A stretch of 64,000 nucleotides of DNA from a virus: IMG/VR virus record IMGVR_UViG_3300025886_000013, one strand, 5' to 3'. Every line of letters starts with the position of its first letter. Within the stretch, counting starts at the first letter, position 1. The translations under genes and the position numbers were made by a program. Positions 20,003 to 30,300 of this stretch are shown here, piece after piece. The notes beneath the pieces were generated by a model that saw only the letters and a program-made list of their open reading frames with translations, ran no database searches and was not told the DNA's origin.

Positions 20003-22737
20003 TATTCTATCTCCTCACCTTTTATTACTTGTTCTACTGTCAGTTGTATGTCAGATTCAAATGATGAAGAAACTTCGAACTCAAGATTCTGAAGTGTTTT
20101 TGTTGGATCATAATCTGGGTAGTCTTCTTCGTTGTAGGCGAAGTCAGTAGTTATGTTTAGCATGGCATGGTAAGTATACATAATGTCGTGAAGACTTAAT
20201 ACATCGTCTATTATTTTTTGATTGTTTAGAATTGTAGAATTATATAACATTATGTTTTTGAATCTTTTAGATAGCTCTGTCTCAGGATCAGGTAAGTCGT
20301 ATATTTTTTCAAAGTTTTCTACTGCATTTTCGTCGTACCACACATCATCATACCTCTCGTCTAAGTCACTTCCTTTAAATTCAGTCCCGATAAGTGATCT
20401 AATGTATATTCCCAATACATAGCTTTTTGCAGCATTTAATAATTTAATCTCAGTTGCTGTGGCGTCATCGTCTGATGCTATTATTTCATCAAAAGTTTTT
20501 GGTTCTATAGAGTTTATTGCTGAACCTGCTGTTATTTCGTCTAAGTTTAAAAAATGCATACCATCTTGAACAAAGTCTTTAAATGATGTGTATTTAGTTG
20601 AAGCAGAAGATATTGCTGTTCCTATTTCGTTAAGCGTAGTTTCTGAACTTGTTTGAGTAGTGTTAAAGTTATAGTTGTTTAGAACAGGGAAGTTTAAAAT
20701 ATCGATATCTAATTTATGGGGTTCAAAGACTATTTCTGGATAGAGTGTGTCTATTTTTGTTATGACTACTGATATTTTCTTGGGTGCGTATATTTCACCG
20801 ATTGATTCCCTAGTGAGCCCTAAAGAAAATATTTTTATTTGTTCGTCTATGTTGCCTTGAATTAAGTTTTGCTCGCTGAATAGTGACTCTAATGCTGTTT
20901 TTTCTTGATCATTAATAGGCGAAAATCTATTTTGAATCAAAGGATTGTTACTTTCTTGTAAAATGTCATAATATTCTTTTACAGCAAGTGCTAAGTTTAT
21001 ATCACCATTTCTTAATAACCCACTAAAGTCTTTGTCAAATGTGATACTAAGACTCTCTGCGTCTATTTCGTCTACTGTCTGAAGTAGCTCTTTTAGCTTT
21101 TCTATTCTTGTGGCTATAGAATTTAGTTCTTTTATATGAAGTTGAATGGGAATAAAGTGTTTTACACAGTCATTTGCAAAAAAGTCAAGTGCATTTTCTC
21201 CGCCAAAGAAATCTTCTTGAATGCTTCTGATTTGTTCGTCTTTTAATCCTTCGATCCTTGAGACAGGCCCGTCTATGAAGGTTTCTTGTATATTTTTTCC
21301 ATCAAGAAAAACTGTATCAAAATTATCAACTAATTCACTTATTGGTGACAGTTCAATTTCAATTACAGAAGTTGCTTCCTTGCCTACTCCTTCATCCGCT
21401 TCCCTAACGTATATGTCAGCTTTGTATATACTGTTTTTTGCAGGCTCCGTATAAGCGTAGCCTGAATTTGAAACTACGAGCGTTTTTCTATTTGAGCTTG
21501 AAAGCATTATTCTCATCATTACAGCAACTATCTGTCTTTCTTCTGTCGTTCTAAAGCTATCAAAGAGTTCTCCAATTGAAGACAATGTATCTTTGTACTG
21601 TTTTTCGTCAGCACTGTCTGTATCTAAATAATATGTTGTATCTTTTTTAGTATAAGAAGCCCCTCTGTCTAAGACAATTGTATTCTGATTGCTGCTTTTT
21701 ATTCTCAGATCTGCGTACTTTTCATCATCAGTGCGATCTTTGTCAAACTTGCTGTATTCTCTAAATTTATCTTCCCATTTAGATGTTAATTTTTTAGTTA
21801 TGTCTTTTTGCACACTTGATGAAATAGCTTCATCTTCTGTAAATAGTTTTTCAAACATATCTTTGTCGTCGCTAAATTCTTCAAGAAGAAAACCATACAA
21901 TAGATTTTCATTGCTGCTTAATATATTTGATGCAGCCAACAATACATTGTGTAGTCTGCTTGTGACTCTAAACAAGAAAGTCGTTCCTGCATTTTTCTTG
22001 TTTATATTATCAATTGCAGTTAGAATTTTGTCTAGTTCAGATATTGTGCTTGAGACCTTTCCTGTGTTTGTCCCACTGACTTTTTCAACAATTGTATCGA
22101 GATAAAAATCAGTGATACTTTCAGGAATTAATTCCATATTTAACCCATCAATAACATTTATTGCGTCTGTTACATTGTTTAAAGTGTCATTTATATTTTC
22201 GTTATGATATGTTAACAATGTAAAAATGTCAGTAACAGACTGAAGTCCTGTAAAATCATTTTCGTATTCTGTGACTATTTCATTTATGTTATTTGGTGCA
22301 GAATCTGTGTTATAATATCTTTCAACTATTTCAGACAATTGTGATCTTAAGCCCATACCATCTTCAAAAAGTGTAGTTTTAAAACCTTTGTTTAGAGTAT
22401 CTTCGGATGAATCTATCTTGATTATTGGCTCTATTGCGTTTGTTTTTCCAGTAGCGTCGCCTGACCAGTTTATTTCAGTTATTACGAACTCTTCTGTTTT
22501 TAAAATTTCTTCATTTGAATAGCTGTCTATTGACTCTCGTAGTGACTTTACGTTATCAAGAGCAATTTTTATATTTTCTGTTGTTATACTGTAGTTTTCT
22601 AAAAGATCATCATAGTTGTTTACTTCGACATACTCTCTACGACTATTTGTACTACTAGAAGAAATTAGTTGTTTTATTTCAGCTGATGTTGGAGGTGTTA
22701 CAGCTGAGAATGAGTCCAATATGGTGGATACAGGCAT
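20002..22737 (-). CDS. Large acidic hypothetical protein (probable virion component)
   Basis: 911 aa ORF coupled to neighbours inside the tail module; no family recognised. Confidence 0.5.
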   Translation of the reverse strand: MPVSTILDSFSAVTPPTSAEIKQLISSSSTNSRREYVEVNNYDDLLENYSITTENIKIALDNVKSLRESIDSYSNEEILKTEEFVITEINWSGDATGKTNAIEPIIKIDSSEDTLNKGFKTTLFEDGMGLRSQLSEIVERYYNTDSAPNNINEIVTEYENDFTGLQSVTDIFTLLTYHNENINDTLNNVTDAINVIDGLNMELIPESITDFYLDTIVEKVSGTNTGKVSSTISELDKILTAIDNINKKNAGTTFLFRVTSRLHNVLLAASNILSSNENLLYGFLLEEFSDDKDMFEKLFTEDEAISSSVQKDITKKLTSKWEDKFREYSKFDKDRTDDEKYADLRIKSSNQNTIVLDRGASYTKKDTTYYLDTDSADEKQYKDTLSSIGELFDSFRTTEERQIVAVMMRIMLSSSNRKTLVVSNSGYAYTEPAKNSIYKADIYVREADEGVGKEATSVIEIELSPISELVDNFDTVFLDGKNIQETFIDGPVSRIEGLKDEQIRSIQEDFFGGENALDFFANDCVKHFIPIQLHIKELNSIATRIEKLKELLQTVDEIDAESLSITFDKDFSGLLRNGDINLALAVKEYYDILQESNNPLIQNRFSPINDQEKTALESLFSEQNLIQGNIDEQIKIFSLGLTRESIGEIYAPKKISVVITKIDTLYPEIVFEPHKLDIDILNFPVLNNYNFNTTQTSSETTLNEIGTAISSASTKYTSFKDFVQDGMHFLNLDEITAGSAINSIEPKTFDEIIASDDDATATEIKLLNAAKSYVLGIYIRSLIGTEFKGSDLDERYDDVWYDENAVENFEKIYDLPDPETELSKRFKNIMLYNSTILNNQKIIDDVLSLHDIMYTYHAMLNITTDFAYNEEDYPDYDPTKTLQNLEFEVSSSFESDIQLTVEQVIKGEEIE

Positions 22738-22738
22738 A

Positions 22739-23005
22739 TTAACTACTCACCGGAGATTCTATTAAAAGACTATCGCCATACTCAGTTACTTTGTCAAAAA
22801 AATTCTTTTTAAGCAATATTATCTCTAAATACTCAGTATCTATTTCTCCTGAAGCATTTCCTGTTTTTAGTGGATAGACATCTGTAATTGCAATGAGTTC
22901 AACACCAAGATTTATTGTGTATGGTGGTTCTTGAAATGAACGTTCAGCTGAAACTCTGCTCATTGAAAGTTTTTTTACATTTCCACTGATTCTTGCATCT
23001 GCCAT
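22739..23005 (-). CDS. Hypothetical protein
   Basis: 88 aa ORF exactly filling the gap between two large co-oriented genes. Confidence 0.5.
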   Translation of the reverse strand: MADARISGNVKKLSMSRVSAERSFQEPPYTINLGVELIAITDVYPLKTGNASGEIDTEYLEIILLKKNFFDKVTEYGDSLLIESPVSS

Positions 23006-23006
23006 T

Positions 23007-25250
23007 CTATATGCTCCTGAAATTGTCTTTGGAGCATATTACTGTTCCTAATTTTACAACATTGTTTATGTTATAATTATTATACACTGGAATTATAAAG
23101 TAATCTATTATTTCATTTAAAAATTCAAACTTTGCTAAGTGATCGTAAAACACTACAGTTCCATTTTCTGTTATTCCCTTCTCAGTCCTAAAATTTATTC
23201 CTTTTTCGGAAGACGTTACAACTAGAACAGAGTCAGGTGCATTGCTTTTAAAGTTTATTGTTATTGTAGGAACGTTTCTGTTATTTATTTCTATTTTTTT
23301 ATCAATATTTAATGTATTATCGTTTTTAATAAACTGCGGTTTGTTTACTATTGTAGTTACACCAGTTTTATATGTCTCTATTAGATTGCCCGGTTCATCA
23401 GAAAGTGCCCTGGAATAAGTTAGAGTTCCAGTGTTCATAGACGAGTAGCTTGTAAATTTAGAGACAAAATTATCAACATCTAGATTTAAGCTACTTAAAT
23501 CGTATGATACTTGTGGAATATAGTCGTTTTTTCCATCTTGGTATCTTGAAGAAGAATTCATATTTTCAATCATAGAGATTATTGAGTTTGAGAACATTTC
23601 TCCAAAAAATATATGATTAGATTCATCCAAGTTTATATTAGACATTGGAAACTCTATTTTATTTGATTCTGCAGATTTTATACCGATTACAGTTATATTT
23701 CCTGTTTTTAGATCTAGTGCCATTAGCTTAACAAACGATAAATACGAGTAGTTTTCTACAAGATTGTTTTTATAATCGTCGCTGATGTCTGGATAATTGC
23801 TCTTAATACTATCATATATGTATTCTGAATCTGTTGTTGGGACTGTGGTCGTAAACACTATTGAATTTTCACCATCTTTTGAAACAATCTCACTGCTAAG
23901 CGTATATGATCCTGTTGTTTCTATAAATGTCGATCTGTTAGATACGTTAGTTAGTATATCTGTATTGTTTTTTGTGTTGAACTTTACTTGATACCCATAC
24001 ATTTTATTGTCATTAACGTTTTCGTCTCTTAATATAAGCATGTTATCGTAAAAAAAATTAAAATCCGAAGAATTTGTCTCTATTTCAGTTTTATTTTTTT
24101 TGTTTGATTCTTCGTATCTGTAGACTGTGTAATGTGTAAAGTCACTTGGAACGTTGTTTATCATCAACATTATAGCGTTGTCAAGATAAAATGAATGAAC
24201 ACTTGGGTTAGTTTCAAATAGTTGTTTGTTTACATCGCCGACAAAAACATCGTAAAGTTTATTTTTTCCGTCCAATATTCTATAAATTGAAGGTGCTGAA
24301 TTTCTTATATTGTAGTTTTGTCCTATGCTGTTTTTTATTTCAGATATTTTTAATTTAGAAAACCGATCTTTTAGATTTGATTTTTTTAAAATAGTAAGCG
24401 TATCAGACTCTTCATTGAGTACTTCTATTTCATGAAGAGCTCTGTTTTTATTTTCTCTACCTGCCGCGAACAGTTTGTTGTTTTTTTCACTCTCTATGTT
24501 AAGAAACTTTGTCTCTATTCTATTGAAATTTTTTAATTTGAAGTTGTTTATAGAGTAATATTTTAAAGTGTCATCAAATACAGATGCGATATTGTCTTCT
24601 TTGTTGCTTGACAGTTCTATTATTTTTACAAAAAGGGCATTTTTTTTATTTAGCTTCTTTGTTATGTAATGGGTCATTAAGACAGTTTCTTTAGACGCCT
24701 GCAATACATTATTGTTAGTTGTATCTCTTGAAAAACTGAAATGTTTGTTTATCTCATTGTTGTTTTTGTTAAATATCTCACCGAGTGGTAACTTTTTTTC
24801 TATCGCTAGTCCGAGCAGTGACTGATTTTTATAGCTAATAGACGAATTACTAAAATTAGCTAGATCAATTGTCTTTAAGCTTTTGTTTTTTAATATTTCT
24901 TCTTTTTTTCTTACGTCAAAGTAGTCAGATACGTTAATGTAGAAGTCTTCAATGATCCCGTCTTGTTTGCCGTAACTTCTTCTAATTTCACTTAATCTAG
25001 CTTTTGATAAAATTACCCTAATTGTTCTAATTTTATTTTTAAGCATTAGAGGTATGTTAGCATTCATAGAGAATCTAAGAACTATATTTTCAGCTTTTCT
25101 TTCAAGTTGTAAGTCGTTTTCAAGATCAAAATCGTAGTTAGCTTTATTGTTTGTCCCCTTAACTGACTTGCGACTTCTTGTTGATTTAGTTTTATTTTCT
25201 AAATTTTCTTCTGTATTTTTTGTTGTCATTGTGTCGATATTAAACATCAT
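23007..25250 (-). CDS. Asn/Lys/Ile-rich hypothetical protein with possible Ig/FN3-like segment
   Basis: 747 aa ORF; HYTVYRYE..LRDENV..YGYQVKF; start uncertain (25250, 25247 or 25229). Confidence 0.5.
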   Translation of the reverse strand: MMFNIDTMTTKNTEENLENKTKSTRSRKSVKGTNNKANYDFDLENDLQLERKAENIVLRFSMNANIPLMLKNKIRTIRVILSKARLSEIRRSYGKQDGIIEDFYINVSDYFDVRKKEEILKNKSLKTIDLANFSNSSISYKNQSLLGLAIEKKLPLGEIFNKNNNEINKHFSFSRDTTNNNVLQASKETVLMTHYITKKLNKKNALFVKIIELSSNKEDNIASVFDDTLKYYSINNFKLKNFNRIETKFLNIESEKNNKLFAAGRENKNRALHEIEVLNEESDTLTILKKSNLKDRFSKLKISEIKNSIGQNYNIRNSAPSIYRILDGKNKLYDVFVGDVNKQLFETNPSVHSFYLDNAIMLMINNVPSDFTHYTVYRYEESNKKNKTEIETNSSDFNFFYDNMLILRDENVNDNKMYGYQVKFNTKNNTDILTNVSNRSTFIETTGSYTLSSEIVSKDGENSIVFTTTVPTTDSEYIYDSIKSNYPDISDDYKNNLVENYSYLSFVKLMALDLKTGNITVIGIKSAESNKIEFPMSNINLDESNHIFFGEMFSNSIISMIENMNSSSRYQDGKNDYIPQVSYDLSSLNLDVDNFVSKFTSYSSMNTGTLTYSRALSDEPGNLIETYKTGVTTIVNKPQFIKNDNTLNIDKKIEINNRNVPTITINFKSNAPDSVLVVTSSEKGINFRTEKGITENGTVVFYDHLAKFEFLNEIIDYFIIPVYNNYNINNVVKLGTVICSKDNFRSI

Positions 25251-26463
25251 CTGAAACCTCCACTGTGAACATGTTTATAAAAGTCGGCTGATTAAATGTG
25301 TCTATTAAGACTTTTCCTATAAATATTACTCTCTTCACTGATCCATCTATATTAAATTCGCCTGCGTCTAACATGTCTAGCTTTTTTATCTTTAAGTCGA
25401 CGTTGTTTTCTTCAAACATTTGAAATATAACCTTGTTGACATTTTCACCACTATTTAAAACGCATGATATAGATTGTTTTTTATCAATCATTTTTTTTAT
25501 GTCAATTGATTCTAGTTTATTGCTTGCATTTAGATCAGCATATAAACCATTAGGTGAATTATCATTTTTATTTATGGGTGGTAAAAACTTAAAATTCAAA
25601 ACATTTGAAAATTTAATATCATTAATCAAAGCAGGTAAAGAATTTAATTCCTTTGATACTGTAATTTCATTATCGAACCCAGACTCAACAGTATACGTAA
25701 AAGTATCATTGGACTGTGTAACGCTAAATGCCTGATTGTTCCTACTAGACTTTGTTGTTATAAAGTTCTGCTGTTTGAAACTATCAAAAGATGCCGTAGT
25801 TATACTGTCTACAGTAGAAGAAAACCCTGCACTATCTGAGATCGTGTTCCTTGAAGATATTGTGTTTGTTATAAAGTTATCAGTTGACTGAAAGTGTGAT
25901 TTTAGTGCCAGTGTTGGCCAGACATAAGTACTATCAGTTAGTAACCAGCCATACCCATCTATGTCTGCTGTTGATCCAGGTGTCAATGAGCCTGCACCGT
26001 TTGAAGACGTTGCATCGTTGGCATACCCATAGACCCAATAAACTATTGATTTAGTGGTCTCATCGTAGTAATTAAAATAATCTAGTCCAGCTGGAGATGT
26101 GGTTCCTTTTACTTCTATTACTATTTTTCCATTGTATATTCTAGTGTCGTTTGGGTATGTAGATGTTAAAGAAACAATAGAACCATCTGCATTCAATTCT
26201 ACGCCGTCTCCTTGATAACTTAACAAATTACCACTATCATCTGTTTCAAATACGATATTATCTTGGAATTTATTGACTGCTTCAAATGGTACTCTAATAG
26301 TAGCATCCGAGGTTCCAGCTGACAAGTCTGCCTCATAGAATACATTACCATCTGTGAACGATGCATACTTTATCGTAAATTTACCTGAAGAGAGCTGTCT
26401 TCTTCCTTCTTGAGTAACGATTGTATCCATTATTCTTTTTTTGTTGTCTAATATTCCGGCCAT
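25240..26463 (-). CDS. Virion protein with tail-collar-like N-terminus, paralog of 17357..18067
   Basis: MAGILDNKKRIMDTIVTQEGRRQLSSGKFTIKYASFTD; internal GYAND/YGW module. Confidence 0.55.
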   Translation of the reverse strand: MAGILDNKKRIMDTIVTQEGRRQLSSGKFTIKYASFTDGNVFYEADLSAGTSDATIRVPFEAVNKFQDNIVFETDDSGNLLSYQGDGVELNADGSIVSLTSTYPNDTRIYNGKIVIEVKGTTSPAGLDYFNYYDETTKSIVYWVYGYANDATSSNGAGSLTPGSTADIDGYGWLLTDSTYVWPTLALKSHFQSTDNFITNTISSRNTISDSAGFSSTVDSITTASFDSFKQQNFITTKSSRNNQAFSVTQSNDTFTYTVESGFDNEITVSKELNSLPALINDIKFSNVLNFKFLPPINKNDNSPNGLYADLNASNKLESIDIKKMIDKKQSISCVLNSGENVNKVIFQMFEENNVDLKIKKLDMLDAGEFNIDGSVKRVIFIGKVLIDTFNQPTFINMFTVEVSDDV

Positions 26464-26481
26464 TATAGTCTCTGTGTATTA

Positions 26482-27390
26482 TTAAATATTACTATTTTCA
26501 ATTTCTAAAACTTTTGATTTCAATTCTTCTATTTGTTTTTGTTGATCTTGAACAGCAGAAACCAAAACTGACATTAATTCTAAACTATTTACCTTAATAG
26601 ATAAATTACCGTTTATATCTGGCGCGCTTACTATTGTTGGTATTACATCTCTTATATTTTGAGCTATAAACCCAAAGTGTAAGTCTTTGTCATAACAATT
26701 TAATTTTGATGCCGTTTCATTCCAATAATAAGTAACAGGCTCTATTCTATTAATGATCTTAAATGGGTCTTGAATCTTCTTTATTTCGTTTTTCAATCTT
26801 CTATCTGATAATAGCGCTACTTTTTCTCCTGACTCAAAAGATGACACAGATAGCGTATCGTGAAGAGCCACTAGATCGTTTGCTGTTGTCTCAAGAGATG
26901 ATTTTGTAGTTGCAAGGTCTGTTTGCAACAAGCAATATGATTCAATTGCCTCAACATCAGCAGTTAGACTTGTTTTAGTCTGTAACGTGAGTATCTTTGT
27001 ACCAAATGTAGTTGTACTATTTGTAGATATATCTGTTATTTTTTCGTCTAAGTTAGTAGATTTTATATAATCAGTCTCTACTACACCTATTCTATTTTTT
27101 ATATCTGGAACATCTGATATTGTTGAAGAAAGATCTACTCCGTCTACCTCTGCTCCTCCTACTATTTTTATTCCTCCTGCTATTTTGACAGGTGAACCAC
27201 CGTATAACGTTCCGATTATTTGAACATCGCTTTCGAATCTTGCAGTTCCGTGAACAACGAGTCTTTTTGATAGTCCGTTAACGCCGATGGCAAAATCGTG
27301 TGGTATTATTATCGAAGATATATCACCTGTTATTTTATTGTTGTTTGTAATATATAATGATTTTTTTGTATCACTTATTTTTATTGACAC
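26482..27390 (-). CDS. Short tail fibre/spike with C-terminal Peptidase S74 intramolecular chaperone
   Basis: LSDRRLKNEI..PVTYYWN..HFGFIAQ..LVSAVQDQQKQIEELK; central coiled coil. Confidence 0.85.
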   Translation of the reverse strand: MSIKISDTKKSLYITNNNKITGDISSIIIPHDFAIGVNGLSKRLVVHGTARFESDVQIIGTLYGGSPVKIAGGIKIVGGAEVDGVDLSSTISDVPDIKNRIGVVETDYIKSTNLDEKITDISTNSTTTFGTKILTLQTKTSLTADVEAIESYCLLQTDLATTKSSLETTANDLVALHDTLSVSSFESGEKVALLSDRRLKNEIKKIQDPFKIINRIEPVTYYWNETASKLNCYDKDLHFGFIAQNIRDVIPTIVSAPDINGNLSIKVNSLELMSVLVSAVQDQQKQIEELKSKVLEIENSNI

Positions 27391-30300
27391 TATGCACCAC
27401 TTATATCAAAAGTTAATTGTGTTGACAATACAGCTGAATTCAATGTGTCTGACGTGTATGTTCTATTACTTCCAGAAGGATATGTAGTTAGATCATCAAA
27501 AAATGGAAGCGATGAAGTTGCATATGGGCTAAGATTAGAAGAATTTGTAAATTGTGGGTCAGCAACCTGAGTAGAAGAATTTTCTTCTACAAATTTAATC
27601 TCAATGGGACCTTTTGTGACAAATTTTGATTGTTTAAAATCGTTAGTCTCAATCATGTTTCTTCCTTGAAACCCTGGAGATGATGCAAATCGTGGTGTAA
27701 ATTCACGCTGTTTATAGAATCTTCCATAGTGACGTTGTTCAAGCATGTCTCTGAATTGTCCGTAGCTATTGCTTCTAAATACAGCAGTTGAAGTTACTGA
27801 TTCTATGTCTCTTACCCCATAGGCGTAAGACGACAGCTCTCCTGAAGATGATATTGTTGAATTAAATCCGTATTCGTATTTGAAAGCAGTAGGCGTTCCT
27901 AACACTAGACGTGTTTGTACAGTATCTTCGGTTGTCAATGAGTCTATTGAGTTTCTAAATATTAAATTTTTTATTTGTGTGTTTGTCATTATTTCATAAT
28001 GGGGACCAAACCCAATAACAGCGCCTAAGACTGCAATTGATCCTGTATGATAGAAACTTTCTTGAGCATCCATAATATTAGGTGGAGAAGGGTACGGGTC
28101 TCCATTAGCTTTTCTCCACCAATCTGATTCTTGATATAGACCATATTCAGTAGCGTATCTAGTCAATATTGAAAACTCTGTATTGTCTGTTCTTCTTACA
28201 TTAACACTAAACGGAAAATGTGGAATAGTGTGCCCAGGAAAGAAGTCAATAGCATATTGATATTTAGCTTTCATACCTCTTGTAACATCAAGAGAAGGTA
28301 AAGTCAGTGAATAATCTGGGTCTTCTGAATGATATACGTGTACGAGGCTTGGAGGGTTTGCCAAGCGTCCGTCTACAAACAAGTTTGTTTTATCTATAAT
28401 AGCGTCATGTACGCCAGCAACAGTATCGTCTACTGTGTCTAGAAATCCTGTGTAAGGGGGAGGGTGTGAACCATCTCCTAGATCCTTAAGTTCAATATGT
28501 AAAGAACCTGTTCTTATTCCTATGAGATTAGTTGAAAGATCTGAGTATGCTAATGTTGCCACACCTGTAGGATCGTCAGGATCAATGAATGTTCCACTCG
28601 TCCAATCTATTGCAGCGTCACTTAAGTTTATAAGACCAATGTTGTTTAATATTTGTCCTACGTCTGGTAACAAAGTATCGTAATATCTTTCATTTTCATC
28701 AGCAAAAGTATTAAATCGCGTTAGAGACCAACTGTCTGCAACGTCTCCATCTGTTACTCTTTTTGTAACTCCTCTTGTCCCAATAGGAATGCTATCACCG
28801 TCAAGTGTACTCATATCACCAGTAACGTATTCATCTCTTGTTGTTCTAGCATACATTGATATCGGCTCTATTTCGAACTGATCTAGAACTGGCTCTCCAT
28901 AGTAAGCTTCGTGAACTGAATTTGATGTTAGATCTTGATTTAGTGTATTGTGAAACTCTTTATTCTCTTTTATTAGAGAACCGTATAATGTCATTGACGC
29001 CGGTTCGGCTTTTATTTTTATGTATGAGCCTGAAAGTGATTCTTCTTCACCCGCGGCTGTAATATAGTCACCTGCACATTTTTCTATTCCTAAGACGATG
29101 CTATCACCTGGCAATAATAAAAAAGGAGAAGACGTAGAATAAGATTCAATTGACGTTGGTTGAGATGACTGATTTATTAAAGCTACTGAAGATGTTATTT
29201 GTGTTTCTTTTAGTTCTATACCTATGTTCTTTTGATGTCTCTGTATATTTTTATCTACTCCTATCTTGCTGTATTTTTCGCTTACAGACTTAAGATTTGT
29301 ATATTCTTCAAAAGGTGTGTAATTTGAGTCCGTTCCCTTTGTTAGAGAAAGTGAATTTGTTAAAGATTTTCCGCCAACCTCTACGTTGTCAATCTTGAAA
29401 GGGGTTATTGAGTTGCCACCAGGCCAAAAATGACAATAGTTGTTTGTGGAGATGCTGTAGACACTTGGAACGTATGTTGGAATTTTTGATACTGTGTAAT
29501 TTTGTCCGAATATAGAGGGCAAGAACTCTAGAGTTATATTGTCATTAAATTCTTTTATTTCAGCTCCAGATGTTCCGTCATTTGTAAAGTCAAATCCATG
29601 TGAAAACCCAGTATCATGAATAGGATAAAAGTCTTTTACTAAGCGAGCAGGCCCACCCATAACTACGTCATATAGAACGTTTTTGTTATAGAAACAAATA
29701 GAACTTGATGCTATCAAAATTCTCTCAGATGTATCTATGTCATCTTGTGAGTCTTGTACAGTTGAAACTCTTTTTTGTAAATAAAGAAAGACCATATAGT
29801 TAGACATTTCTTTCTGTCTATCATTTAAAATATTGTTGTCTAATATATGCTTAGCGTAGATTGGTAAATTAATAGATATTTTTTCTAATAAAAAAGGTGA
29901 CTTAATAAAGTCTGTATCAAGAATCTCTGCATCAAGAGCATGATACTTAGTGGCCCAAGGAGCTAAGTTTGTAATAGTAGGCATGCCGATTTTATCGTAA
30001 CCTAAAACTTCTTTTGTAACAGTTGAGTCTTGTGTATCTTCGTTTAATCGTGTTAGAAAGTTTGAAGGTCCAGCAAACTGTGAAGGGAATGATACAGGAC
30101 CAGTAGTACCTGGATTGTTAGGATCAAACCCATATCTAAAATTAGTCTCTCCTTTTTGAACCCATTTGTTTTCAGTAAACGAATAATAACAAAAACCAGT
30201 AAAATCACTTGTCGTAGGGTGAAACTCTCCGGCAGAAACTGTATCATAGTTCTGTCTAAACACATATTGATCTTGTATTGCCGTTATGTCGAAAGTAAAC

